Below, in pieces: positions 52,547-63,860 of a stretch of 64,000 bases of DNA. The DNA comes from Octopus sinensis (lineage: Eukaryota): assembly GCF_006345805.1 (NCBI RefSeq), contig NC_042998.1:153698001-153762000 (forward strand). The letters run 5' to 3'. Below the pieces are notes generated by a model. It saw only the letters and a program-made list of their open reading frames with translations. It had not been told where the DNA came from and ran no database searches. A program made the translations under genes and the position numbers. Every line of letters starts with the position of its first letter. Position 1 is the stretch's first letter.

Positions 52547-53652
52547 TGTTACGGTTGGCTAGGTGCATTTCTGGTGACCCACTTAGGAGCAATGGCGCCG
52601 GCATGTCTGGTAAAGAAAGTGACAGGTTCCTTGTTTAATGGGTTTTGGAAGGACCTTTGCCCTTGTGCCGGTCGAGAAAGGGTCAGGAGAATGTGAAAGA
52701 GGAGGACAGATTAAGGGAATCTGAGGGCAGATAGAGGGGAAGAATCTAGAGCTGTCATGAGAGAGATAGAGTATAAGGCTAAAGGGACAGATGGAGAGGG
52801 TAATAGATTGAGGCGATATAGATAGAGTAAGGAATCAGATAGCAAATAGAAAGGCTATATGTGGGAGATGAGGGAGTGGAAGAAGGACAGAGACGAAGTG
52901 AGGTCTGGGCAGTCGTTGAGCGGTCGTCGAAGAAGACAGACGGATCTTGCAGTCGCTGGCCGGTCCTCGAGGAAGACAGTCAGATCCTGGAGGTCAGAGC
53001 GAGTAGATGGAATCTTAGAAGCGTTGGAATCTTAGCGAGCAAGCTGGGATGCAAGAAAGCTTGGCGGCACAGAAGGGATATGTACAGAGGATTTAGCAGT
53101 ATTGAGAGGAATGGGACACTGGCGATTCAATTAGGAATTGAGTATGTGTTTGTGCATTGATACGTGTCACGATGTATTGAACATGGAAAAGAACAGTCCA
53201 GGACTTGTCGATATGTCGATTATCGAGTTGTGGTATTTATGTTCAGAATTGAGTAAAGGACTTGTTGATGTGACTTTATCTGTGATGTTTAGAAAGAGAC
53301 TTTAAAGAACTGTTGTCTTCGGACGTGAACTTTGAACTGTACTCTTGAATGCTGTTGTATTATGCTTTGATCTGTTGTATGATGTATTGAGTAGTCACGT
53401 GCATGTCTTCCTTTAAATGTCTGCCTTAAATGTATTTGATGTGTAGCAATTGATTGTCATATAAACTGTTGTTTGAATATAAGCCAGTGTCTCTGTTGCC
53501 TTGCCTCTCTTTGGGTTGTATCTCGGTTGTGCCTCTGTATCTCTGTGCTGCTGAGGTTGTTGTTGTTGCAGTATCTCTCCTCTCTCTCCTCCTCTTTGGG
53601 TTCCGTGCGAACTAGTGGCCGTTCGGCTAGCGACGACGGGGATTCCGTAACA
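52547..53652 (+). mobile_element. Gypsy 3' LTR (1106 bp)
   Basis: Perfect 8-bp terminal inverted repeat TGTTACGG...CCGTAACA, preceded by a polypurine tract. Confidence 0.8.
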
Positions 53653-53778
53653 TATATATACATATATATATATACACATATATATAATAATATATATATA
53701 TATACACATATATATATAGACATATATATATATATAATATATATAGATATAATATATATTATACACATATATATATAT

Positions 53779-53817
<39 letters not shown>

Positions 53818-54091
53818 TATATATATAAATATATATTATATATATAATATACATATAATATATATATATAATATATATACATATATATATATATATAATA
53901 CATATATATATATATATATATATACCATTATCTATACATATATATATATATACATATATATATATATGCACATATTATTACATATATATAGTATCTTATA
54001 TATACAATATATATATATGTATATATATCAATATATTATGTATATATACATACATATATATATAACACACATATATTATATACATATATAT

Positions 54092-54122
<31 letters not shown>

Positions 54123-54192
54123 TATATATACATATATATATATACATATATACATATACATCATACATATATATATACATATACATATATAT

Positions 54193-54227
<35 letters not shown>

Positions 54228-54309
54228 GATATATACACACATATATATACCTATAATATATGTGATAATATATATATATATATATATATACATATATATA
54301 ATATATATG

Positions 54310-54364
<55 letters not shown>

Positions 54365-54655
54365 GTATATATGTAATATACATTATATATATATGTATAT
54401 GTATATATATACACATGTATATTATACACATATATATATATTACATATAGAACTGTTTCATTCAAGAGAAATCTTCAGGAGCTCTCCTGAAGATTTCTCT
54501 TGAATGAAACAGTTCTAGTCCTGTAGAAGCTCCTTCTATATAATAAATTATATGTATATATATATATATGTATATATATATATTATATAATATATGTAAT
54601 ATATATATGTGTATATATATATATGTGTATATATTATATATATATATATTATGTG

Positions 54656-54688
<33 letters not shown>

Positions 54689-54746
54689 GTGTATATATTA
54701 TGTGTATATATATATTCTGTGTATATTATATATATATGTGTATATA

Positions 54747-54787
<41 letters not shown>

Positions 54788-54908
54788 GTATATGTATATA
54801 TTATATTATATATTATATGTATATATATATATATGTATATATTATTGTATATATAATATATGTATATATATATATATGTATATATTATATGTATATATAT
54901 ATATAATG

Positions 54909-54942
<34 letters not shown>

Positions 54943-54960
54943 TATATTAATATATATATA

Positions 54961-55002
<42 letters not shown>

Positions 55003-55010
55003 ACATATAT
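53653..55010. repeat. ~1.35-kb (TA)n-rich tract containing a short palindromic insert
   Basis: TA dinucleotide-dominated sequence, interrupted at 54448-54545. Confidence 0.95.
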
Positions 55011-55011
55011 A

Positions 55012-55415
55012 TATTCACTCTTTTCTCTCTTTTACTTGTTTCAGTCATTTAACTGCAGCCATGCTGGAGCACCACCTTTAGTCGAGCAAATTGACCCTGG
55101 GACTTATTGTTTGTAAGCCCAGTACTTATTCTATCTGTCTCTTTTGCCGAACCGCTATGTGACGGGGACGTAAACACACCAGCATCGGTTGTCAAGCAAT
55201 GCTAGGGGGACAAACACAGACACACACACATATATATATATATATATACACATATATATGACAGGCTCCTTTCAGTTTCCGTCTACCAAATCCACTCACA
55301 AGACATTTGTCGGCCCGGGGCTACAGCAGAAGACACTTGGTCAAGATGCCACGCAGTGGGACTGAAACCAGAACCATGTGGTTGGTAAGCAAGCTACTTA
55401 CCACACAGCCACTCT
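55012..55415 (-). mobile_element. tRNA-derived SINE (family A)
   Basis: Colinear with 36530-37020 including head boxes and 3' tail. Confidence 0.85.
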
Positions 55416-55419
55416 TGCG

Positions 55420-55985
55420 CCATTTTGTATTTCTATTGTATGTCTTCATACAATAGAAATACGAAATGGCTGACAGTTAGTAAGGAGAGACACAAATAAG
55501 AAAGAAGAAAACAAAGGACCACTGATGCGGTCACAGGAGTGTGACGAAAGAACTCTGGCCGAAATAAGATTAAGATTAATGTAAAAAATAAATAACACTG
55601 AAGCAAAGTAACACCAAATATATAGTGCGTGTAATTTTAATGGCTAAACTGGCAAAATGACCATTCCGAAATATAACAATATATTATATATATAATATAT
55701 ATATATCTATATATATATATATATATATTCAAAGTTAGAAAAAAACACCTTTTATCATTCAAAATAAACAATTAATTACACCATCTAGAAATTACATATA
55801 ATAGAAATATAAAATTAAAATAACAATAAAATACCAATGATTAAGTAAATTGCACAAAAATAATAAAAACATAATAAAAACCTATATAATATTTCTATTA
55901 TATGAAATTTTCTAGATGGTGTAATTTAAATGTTTATTTTGAATTGATAAAAGGTGGTGTTTTCTAATTTTTAATATATATATAT
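55420..55985. mobile_element. Probable Penelope-like terminal fragments
   Basis: Reverse complement of ~46590-46840; hammerhead-like motif at 55519-55558; imperfect ~75-bp inverted repeat (~55735-55810 / ~55885-55965). Confidence 0.45.
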
Positions 55986-56084
55986 ACATATGATTGATTG
56001 ATTGATTCTATTTTCAGCTTATGAGCTGTGGCCATGCTGGCTCACAGCCATTTGGTGTTGCTACTTGGTTTCACTTCACGAAAG

Positions 56085-59061
56085 CTTTCTAGCAACTGCC
56101 ATTTGGTGCATGAGAGAGTTCGATGCAGCTGCCCTCATCTGCCCCTCCTGCCGTGAAGTTGGTTCATCTGGGACACCTGACAGGAAGATCCAGCTTCATT
56201 TTAAAGACATCTGTATCCACCCCATGCAGGTCTCTCAGGTTCTTCGGGAGATTTGAAGAGCTGTGGGCCTCGAAGCCCAGGCTATCACAGAATCTTGTCC
56301 TACATCTTGATGGGCAAGTTTGGAGTCCTAGGCACCACACTGGCGCCCAGTTCTGGCATTTGCGTAACTCTCGATGCCAAAGTTCAGGACACGTCCCTCC
56401 AGGATCTTCCGGATGTATATAATGGTATATCTTTCCCGCCTACGCTCCAGGGAATATAGTTTTAATCTCTTGAGTCTTTCCCAGTAGCTTACATTCTGCA
56501 TAGAGGCTATCTTCTTCGTATAGCTACGTTGGATCGCCTCGAGCTCTGTGATCAACTTGACACTGGATGGTGACAATAACTGAGAGCAGTAGTCAAAGTG
56601 GCTTAGGACAAGTGTCCTCCAGAGGACCTTCATGTTTTCTTGTTCTCTTCTGTCTTTTCTAAGGTTCTGAGGATCCATCCGGCCAGTCGTCTACATTTCA
56701 TTGCCAATTTAGCACCATGTACACGAAAGGTCGCGTTCATCACTCATGTAAATACCTAGGTCACGCACTGATTGTGCCTCTGGGATTGCTATTCCTCCTC
56801 GGTTCAGTGTATTCATTGTGGTATTGTGCATTTAGTTTTGCATGCTGATAGTATAGAGCTTGAAACTTTTCAGCATTGAACTGCATGCTATTCTTTTCGC
56901 CCTTGTATATTTTGTCTACTCACATTGCGGTGTTTAGTGTCCTCAGGGTTCTGTATTGCCTGTGAAACTTTTGTATCATCTGCATAACTTGTGATCGTGG
57001 CTCTCTGCGTAGCTGAGGGCATGTCTGAGAGGGCCATTATGAACAGTAGTGGTCCCAAAACAGTGCCCTGCGGAACACCGCTTACTATTTGCGTGTTAAT
57101 GGAAGTGGCCACATTGGCCACTACCACCTGACTTCTATCTTTCAGAAAGTCATGAAGCCATTCTCCCAGTTTTCCAACTATGTTGAGATCACGAAGTTTG
57201 TGACATATCATTCCCTGATCGACTTTATCAAAGGCCTTTGCAAAGTCGAGATATATCACTTCCACATTTGAGTGGTTGAGCAGCCGTTTCAGCACCCAGT
57301 CATAGTGTTGTAGGAGCTGAGTTAAACAGCTTCTCCCTGGTCGGAAACCATGTTGGGTGTCGGGCAGCAAGTCATTCTCTTCAAGGAAGGTGATCAGCTT
57401 CCTTCTGACTATTCGTTCCATGACCTTGCTGATGTGTGAGGTCAGAGAGATAGGTCTATAGTTCTTGGCTTCCGCTCTGCTACCTCCTTTATGAATGGGG
57501 CATATTTTACCTTCCTTCAGTTTTCTTGGGAGGTTGCCAGCTGCAAGGAAGCTCTGAAAGAGGAACTGCAGTGGTCTTGCTAGGACTCTCTTACATGCTT
57601 TTCGGAGGATTGCCGGGAATCCATCGGGGCCAGTAGCTGAGTCTGTTTTCATTTCATCTATAGCCTTGATTACATCGTCTTCCTTTATATCGATGTAATC
57701 TATCGTCGCCGCCTCTGATTTTATATCTGCAGTGGTAAAAAAGTCAGTTGGATTGGTGATTTGGAGATGCCCAAGGGGTGGAGTGAAAACACTCTTGAAT
57801 TGCTCATTCAGTATTTCACTTACCCTCATTGGTTTTCCTGTAAGTGTGCCATCCTTTTCGAGGAGTGGCCCTATTCTACAGTGCACTGTAGCTGTTTCTT
57901 TGGCATACCTGTAGAAAGCTCTGGGGTTAGATTTTATGTTGTCTATAGCCCAGGCTTCTTTGTCTGCTCTTTCCCTTTCATGGGAGAGTTTCAGACATTT
58001 TTCGATTTCCAACAGTTTTATTTTTAGGCGGGACTTTTCACTGCTTTCAATCTGTTTGTTTAGGCGATTTGAAAATTTTGTACGCCGTCTCATTAAAATT
58101 TTCCTCTCTCTGGGGATTTTGTTTTTGTGTACAGTGGCCTTTCTCTCTGGGACACATTTGTAGCATATGGCTTGCATTACAGACATGAATTGTTGAAGTT
58201 TCACGTCGATGTCTGGCGAGGAGAGACATTTAGGCCAGTTTTGTTTGAGGATCTTTCTCAATTTGTTTCCAGTTTGCCTTATGGTAGTTCAAGCTGGAAA
58301 GATTCTGAGGGTTTCTTGTAGGCCATGTCCGTGCTCTCTTTTGGCCCGTACATGGTCAGCTCTATCATGTTGTGATCCGAGAGTAGTGTCGGTGTCACTT
58401 TCACATTATGGATGAGATCCATGTCATTTGTGAAGCAGAGATCCAGTGTGTTACCTGCCCTGGTTGGTTGGAGTATTACCTGCTCCATGTACAGGGTGTT
58501 GATGAGGTTCAGGAGGGACTTCGCCTGTCCTCGTTCACATCTTGTCATTCCTGGGAGAGAAAGGCCCTCGGGCCATCTGACATTGGGCAGATTGAAGTCT
58601 CCCATAGGAAGTACACTTATGTGTTGTTCTAATGTGGTTAGAACTTCTATTTTTATAAGGCAGTCTTCAAATTTGCCCACATGGCTTGGGGCATCTGGAG
58701 GGCGATATGTAGCACACACAACTACATCAAGTTGCCTAATATGTACAATTAGTGTGTCACACACCGAGTTTGAGTATGACAAGAGGACCTGGGGTGTGAG
58801 GTCCTCACGGATGTACATAGCAACACCTCCATGACTCCTTTCTTTCCTGTCGGTCCGTAGTACAGCATACTGTGGTATGTGTAACTCCGCATCTGCTATC
58901 CGTTTCAGGTGCGTTTCTGTAAGTGCTATGCATAAGGCTTGATTGCATGCAACAAAGTCTCTCAGGAACGGGATTTTTGTCCTGTTACTGAGTGTTTGCA
59001 GTCCTCTGATGTTCAGTAGGAGCATCGAGGTGAGGTGTACGTTGTTACCGGTGGTGTCCAT
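56085..59061 (-). pseudogene. LINE ORF2 (APE endonuclease + reverse transcriptase), frameshifted
   Basis: LLNIRGL, LTETHL, GDFNLP, NTLDL, SDHN (EN); NYRPISLTS, QHGFRPGRSC, YLDFAKAFDKV, GVPQGTVLGPLLF, YADD (RT); LERRRERY. Frameshifts near 58270 and 56920. Confidence 0.93.
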
Positions 59062-59919
59062 CCTGGGTCTGTTTGCTGTGGTGGTCTGGTATATAGTGGG
59101 TAGTCCCACCTGCGGGCTTGGATTTGATGAAGCCAGGTCAGCTGCTGTACAATCTTTTGTGCCATGCACAAAAAAGATTGTTGCTCAGCAGCTGCCCTTT
59201 CGACAACATCATGTTGGTGGTTTGTGGCACGCACAACATCTGCGTACCTCCGCTTTGGGACAAGTGGTGTGTGGTCCATCCCTTTTCCTTGTGTTGATGG
59301 TTTGTCCATCTGCCTCGTGTCTCTGTGGCAGGGTCCCCGATGTGCAAAGCGGCAGCCTGCACCTTCCTTTCCATGCCAGCAGGAACCTCTCAGGTAGAAC
59401 CTACACACCCGTGTGCGCTGTTTGTTTCCATCTTTTGAGGTTCCACTTCTATTCCTGGTTTTTTCACCCTTTGGTCCTGCTCGAGCTTTTCCTTTAGCTC
59501 TTCCAGCCCTTCTTTTAGTTCTTCCTCCTCCCTCTACCTCTTCACCGGGTTCTCCGTCTCCATGGCCCTTGCTGCCGGTTGGAGAACTTGCACCTGGGTT
59601 CACTTCCCGGGCAGGTTTCTCATTCAAAACCTCCTCCCGGGCGTCCACCAGGTGGGGGGTGACTTCTTTCATCGTCTCCATTCTTGCCATCTTTGCTCCG
59701 CTCGTTCTCAAAGATGGCATCAAGTGCGCCAATGTGCGACCGTATAAGCGCATATGAGCGCACAAATTCCCGTCTCTTTCGCTCCATCTGAGCCGCTGTC
59801 CTCTTGTAGCCTTTGCTCTTCAGCGCAGCCGCAATCACCTCGCTAGGGCTATCTCCGTCGGTGCACTTCCAGGCTCGTACGAATAAATCTAGTTCGTCAG
59901 GTCTCCATGCTCTGGACAT
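59013..59919 (-). pseudogene. LINE ORF1 split in two frames: Myb/SANT-like N-terminus and CCCH zinc finger
   Basis: 59620-59919 WRPDELDLFVRAW..IAAALKSKGYKRTAAQMERK; 59013-59765 CRFYLRGSCWHGKEGAGCRFAH (C-x7-C-x8-C-x3-H). Confidence 0.65.
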
Positions 59920-59974
59920 GCTGGATGATCTGTCTATTTGTTTATCTATCTAACTATGTTCGAGAGAAGACAAG

Positions 59975-60880
59975 AAGATATTAAGGCTAATTAGAAGATA
60001 GAGTATTTGGAAAAAAAAAAAAAAAAAAAATATTAACAATATTAAAGTTTGTGGGTAAAAATGTTATTTAATCTTAAGGCTAATTAGGAGATAGAGTATC
60101 TGAAAATATATTAGCAATATAAATATTATATTAGAGTGTGGGTAAAAACGTTTTTTTTTTTTTTTTTTTAAATCTTAAGGCTAATTAGAAGATATATTAA
60201 AGTGTGGATAAAAACGTTATTTAATCTTAAGGCTAATTAGAGGATAGAGTATTATTAATATTAACAATATTAAAGTTTGTGGGTAAAAACGTTATTTAAT
60301 CTTAAGGCTAATTAGAGGATAGAGTATTCAAAAATATATTAAAGTGTGGGTGAAAAAGTTAAAGTGTGGGTAAAAACGTTATTTAATCTTAAGGCTAATT
60401 AGAGGATAGAGTATCTGAAAATATATTAACAAATATTTAAAATGTGGGTAAAAAGGCTAATTAGAAAGATATTAGAGTGTGGGTAAAAAATTAGAAGATG
60501 TTAAAGTGTGGGTAAAAACGTTGTTTATTCTTAAGACTAATTAGAAGATAGAGTATCTGAAAAATTATTAACAATGTTAAACAATATTAAACAATGTGGA
60601 GGCGCAATGGCCCAGTGGTTAGGGCAGCGGACTTGCGGTCGGAGGATCGCGGTTTTGATTCCCAGACCGGGCGTTGTGTGTGTTTATTGAGCGAAAAACA
60701 CCTAAAAGCTCCACGAGGCTCCGGCAGGGGATGGTGGTGATCCCTGCAGTACTCTTTCACCACTCTAAAGGCGGTGCTCCAGCATGGCCGCAGTCAAATG
60801 ACTGAAACAAGTACAAAAAAAAAAAAAAAAATATTAAACGTTATTTAATCTTAAGGCTAATTAGAAGATAGAGTATCTGA
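59975..60880. repeat. Minisatellite of ~65-85-bp units upstream of LINE ORF1
   Basis: Recurrent aaaacgttatttaatcttaaggctaattagaggatagagtat...aaagtgtgggt. Confidence 0.85.
60593..60829 (+). mobile_element. tRNA-derived SINE (family B) with poly(A) tail and 10-bp TSD
   Basis: A box TGGCCCAGTGG, B box GGTTTTGATTCC, tail ccagcatggccgcagtcaaatgactgaaacaagt(A)n; aatattaaac at 60583-60592 and 60830-60839. Confidence 0.85.
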
Positions 60881-61604
60881 AAGAGGAGAGATGGGAGGGT
60901 AAGAAAGAGGGGAAAGATTATTTATCTATCTAAAGTTCGTAAAAGTTCACGTCCATGCATATATACGCATACATATATACATACACGCACACACACATAC
61001 ATACACGTGCGCACATATACACATATACACAGACGGGGAGAGAAGGAAGGTGGAAAAAAAAAGAAAATGAGTGAAAATATATTAAAATATATATATATTT
61101 TAAAGTGTGAAGAAAGGGTTATTTAATTCTGAAGCCAATTTCTGCCTTCGAGAACAGTTATTGAGATGTAAACAAACAAAAATGGCGATCGTAAACTTTA
61201 ACGGAGATGTGGGCTTAAGTTAAGGGGGATAAAATAGGATAATAAACAAAATATGAAATAGAAGATGAAAGTGATACTTAATCCAACGATGTGGTCTGGA
61301 TTTTTTGTGGTTTACGGGATTATTTTCCAGGAGATGTTTCTTTTTCCTTCTTCTAGGAGATAAGTTACTTCAGTGGATTTTTCCACCATGTGCGTTTTCG
61401 GCGAAAAGAAAAATTATTACTGTATTTGGCTTCAGGCAAAATATATTACGTTTTTGATTAATATATTTGTCGCCGAAGTGTTATAGTGGGTTTTATGAGT
61501 TGAATTTGTGACTTTCAGTAGATTATTTCACCGATTTATGCACACTTTCTGCCTTTTTTAAACAGAGCAAAGGCGATACACGACTTTCCCTGTCGGAACC
61601 GGAA

Positions 61605-61644
<40 letters not shown>

Positions 61645-61655
61645 TATATATATAC

Positions 61656-63574
61656 ATGAATGGGATAAAGAGAGTCTGCCGAATGTCGGCCCAACAAAGG
61701 GACCAGCTATCCGAGTTGACAGTTCCTTGGTAGTTAAGGCAATTAGAAGCATGAAGACAGGGAAAGCCCCAGGCCCATCAGGTATCACTGCAGAGATGCT
61801 CAAAATATCTGGTAGTGTCGGCTATAGCCTAGTCACCCGTATAGTTAATCAGGTGATACATGAAGGAGTCATACCCAATGACTGGTGTAGCAGCATAATA
61901 GTCAACTGCTACAAAGGTAAAGGTGACGTCCTAGATACAAATAATTACAGAGGTATCAAGCTGTTGGATCAGGTAATGAAAGTTATGGAGAGGGTCATAG
62001 CCCAACTAATTAGAGAGAGAGTTAGTTTAGATGAGATGCAGTTTGGGTCCGTGCCAGGAAATAGTACCACTGATGCCATATTCCTGGTAAGACAGCTGCA
62101 GGAGAAATACCTAGCCAAAGATAAGCCCCTGTCTATGCTGATGACCTTGCTCTAATTGCTGAGTCACTATCAGAACTGGAGGAGAAGTTACAGGTGTGGA
62201 AGCAAGGATTAGAATCGAAGGGCCTTAGAGTCAACCTAGCTATAACCAAAGTCCTAATAAGTAGGAAGGTAGACAAGTCACAATGCCTTCAGGTAGATGG
62301 CCCTGCTTGATCTGTAGAAAAGGCCTAGGTCGAAACTCTATAAGATGCACCAAATGTAAGCTATGGACACATAAGAGGTGCAGCAATGTCAAAGGAAGGC
62401 TAACTAGGAAGATAGCTTTTGTATGTGGCAGATGCTTAGGAGCAATAAACACTGAAAATGCGCAGAGAGCAACTTCCGCCACATTCCAGGGAGAAAAAAT
62501 AGAAATAGTTGATAGCTTCCGTTACCTAGGTAACCAAGTCAGTAGCGGGGTCGGGTGTGTTGAAAGTGTAACTGCTAGAGTAAGAATAGCTCTTACCTCT
62601 GCTAGTTCAGAGTAAAAGGCAGACTGTATGACACATGTGTACGAACAGCCATGCTACATGGCAGTGAAACATGGGCAGTGACTGCTGAGGATATGCGTAA
62701 GCTCGCAAGAAATGAAGCCAGTATGCTCCGATGGATGTGTAATATCAGTGTTCATACTTGACAGAGTGCAAGGACCTTGAGAGAAAAGTTGGACCTAAGA
62801 AGCATCAGTTGTGGTGTGCAAGAGAGAGGTTTGTGCTGGTATGGTCAAGTAACGAGAATGGATGAAGATAGTTGTGTGAAAAAGTGCCACACCCTAGCGG
62901 TGTGGAAGAGGTAGACCCAAGAAAATCTGGGACGAGGTGGTGAAGCACGACCTTCAAACTTTAGATCTCACTGAGGAAATGACTAGAGACCGAGACCTTT
63001 GGAAGTATGGTGTGCGTGAGAAGACCCGGCAGGACAAGTGAGACCATAACACGTGGCCTCTACCTGGGATGTAGCCAGTCCACTTATGCATACTTTCTTT
63101 CTTGGGACACAAAACTCTACTTGTGAAGACCTGTAGAGGCAAGTGAAAATCAAAATCAAAATCGAATCAATCAACATCAATGGAAATTGTAGCTGTGATA
63201 CTAGTGCCGGTGGCTCATGAGAGAACCTTCCGAACGTGGCCGTTGCCACCGCCGCCCCAACTAGCCTCCGTGCCAGTGGCACGTAAAAAGCACCATCCGA
63301 TTGTGGCCGTTGCCAGCCTCGCCTGGCCTCTGTGCCAGTGGCACGTAAAGAGCACCATCCGATCGTGGTCGTTTTGCCAGCCTCGTCTGGCACCTGTGCC
63401 GATGGCACGTAAAAAGCACCCACTATACCCACAGAGTGGTTGGCGTTAGGAAGGGCATCCAGCCGTAGAAACATTGCCAGATCAGACTGGGCCTGGTGCA
63501 GCCTTCTGGCTTCCCAGACCCCAGTTGAACCGTCCAACCCATGGAAAGCGGACGCTAAACGATGATGATGATGA
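61656..63574 (+). mobile_element. 5'-truncated, internally deleted RTE LINE (copy C)
   Basis: ORFs 61727-62155 and 62283-62615 match copy B; RT core is deleted near 62130 (KPL joined directly to YADD); 3' UTR and (gat)n tail. Confidence 0.92.
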
Positions 63575-63595
63575 TTGATATATATATACACACAC

Positions 63596-63632
<37 letters not shown>

Positions 63633-63787
63633 CACATACATACATATAAATATACACGCATATATATATACATATACACATACATAAATATATACATATA
63701 CATACAGATACATATATATATATACATACACACACACACATATATATATACATACATACACACATATATATATACATACATACACAC

Positions 63788-63834
<47 letters not shown>

Positions 63835-63860
63835 AATACACACACACACACACATATATA
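63575..63860. repeat. TA/CA compound microsatellite
   Basis: Direct inspection. Confidence 0.95.

Larger units (their letters stand above)
55991..61607 (-). mobile_element. Near full-length CR1/L2-group LINE (ORF1, APE-RT ORF2, (TCAA)n tail); 5' extent beyond ~59950 inferred
   Basis: APE, RT and C-terminal motifs in order; 3' (tcaa)n tail at ~55991-56008; (TA)n on both flanks. Confidence 0.85.

Noticed and set aside
48494-55116. Many Tyr/Ile-rich ORFs of 60-170 aa
   Set aside because: Translations of (TA)n microsatellite; no coding signal. The same applies to ORFs at 18965-19234, 21789-22625, 36672-36985 and 62983-63994.
58943-59757. Plus-strand ORFs antisense to LINE ORF1
   Set aside because: Expected by-product of GC-rich coding sequence on the opposite strand; no motifs.
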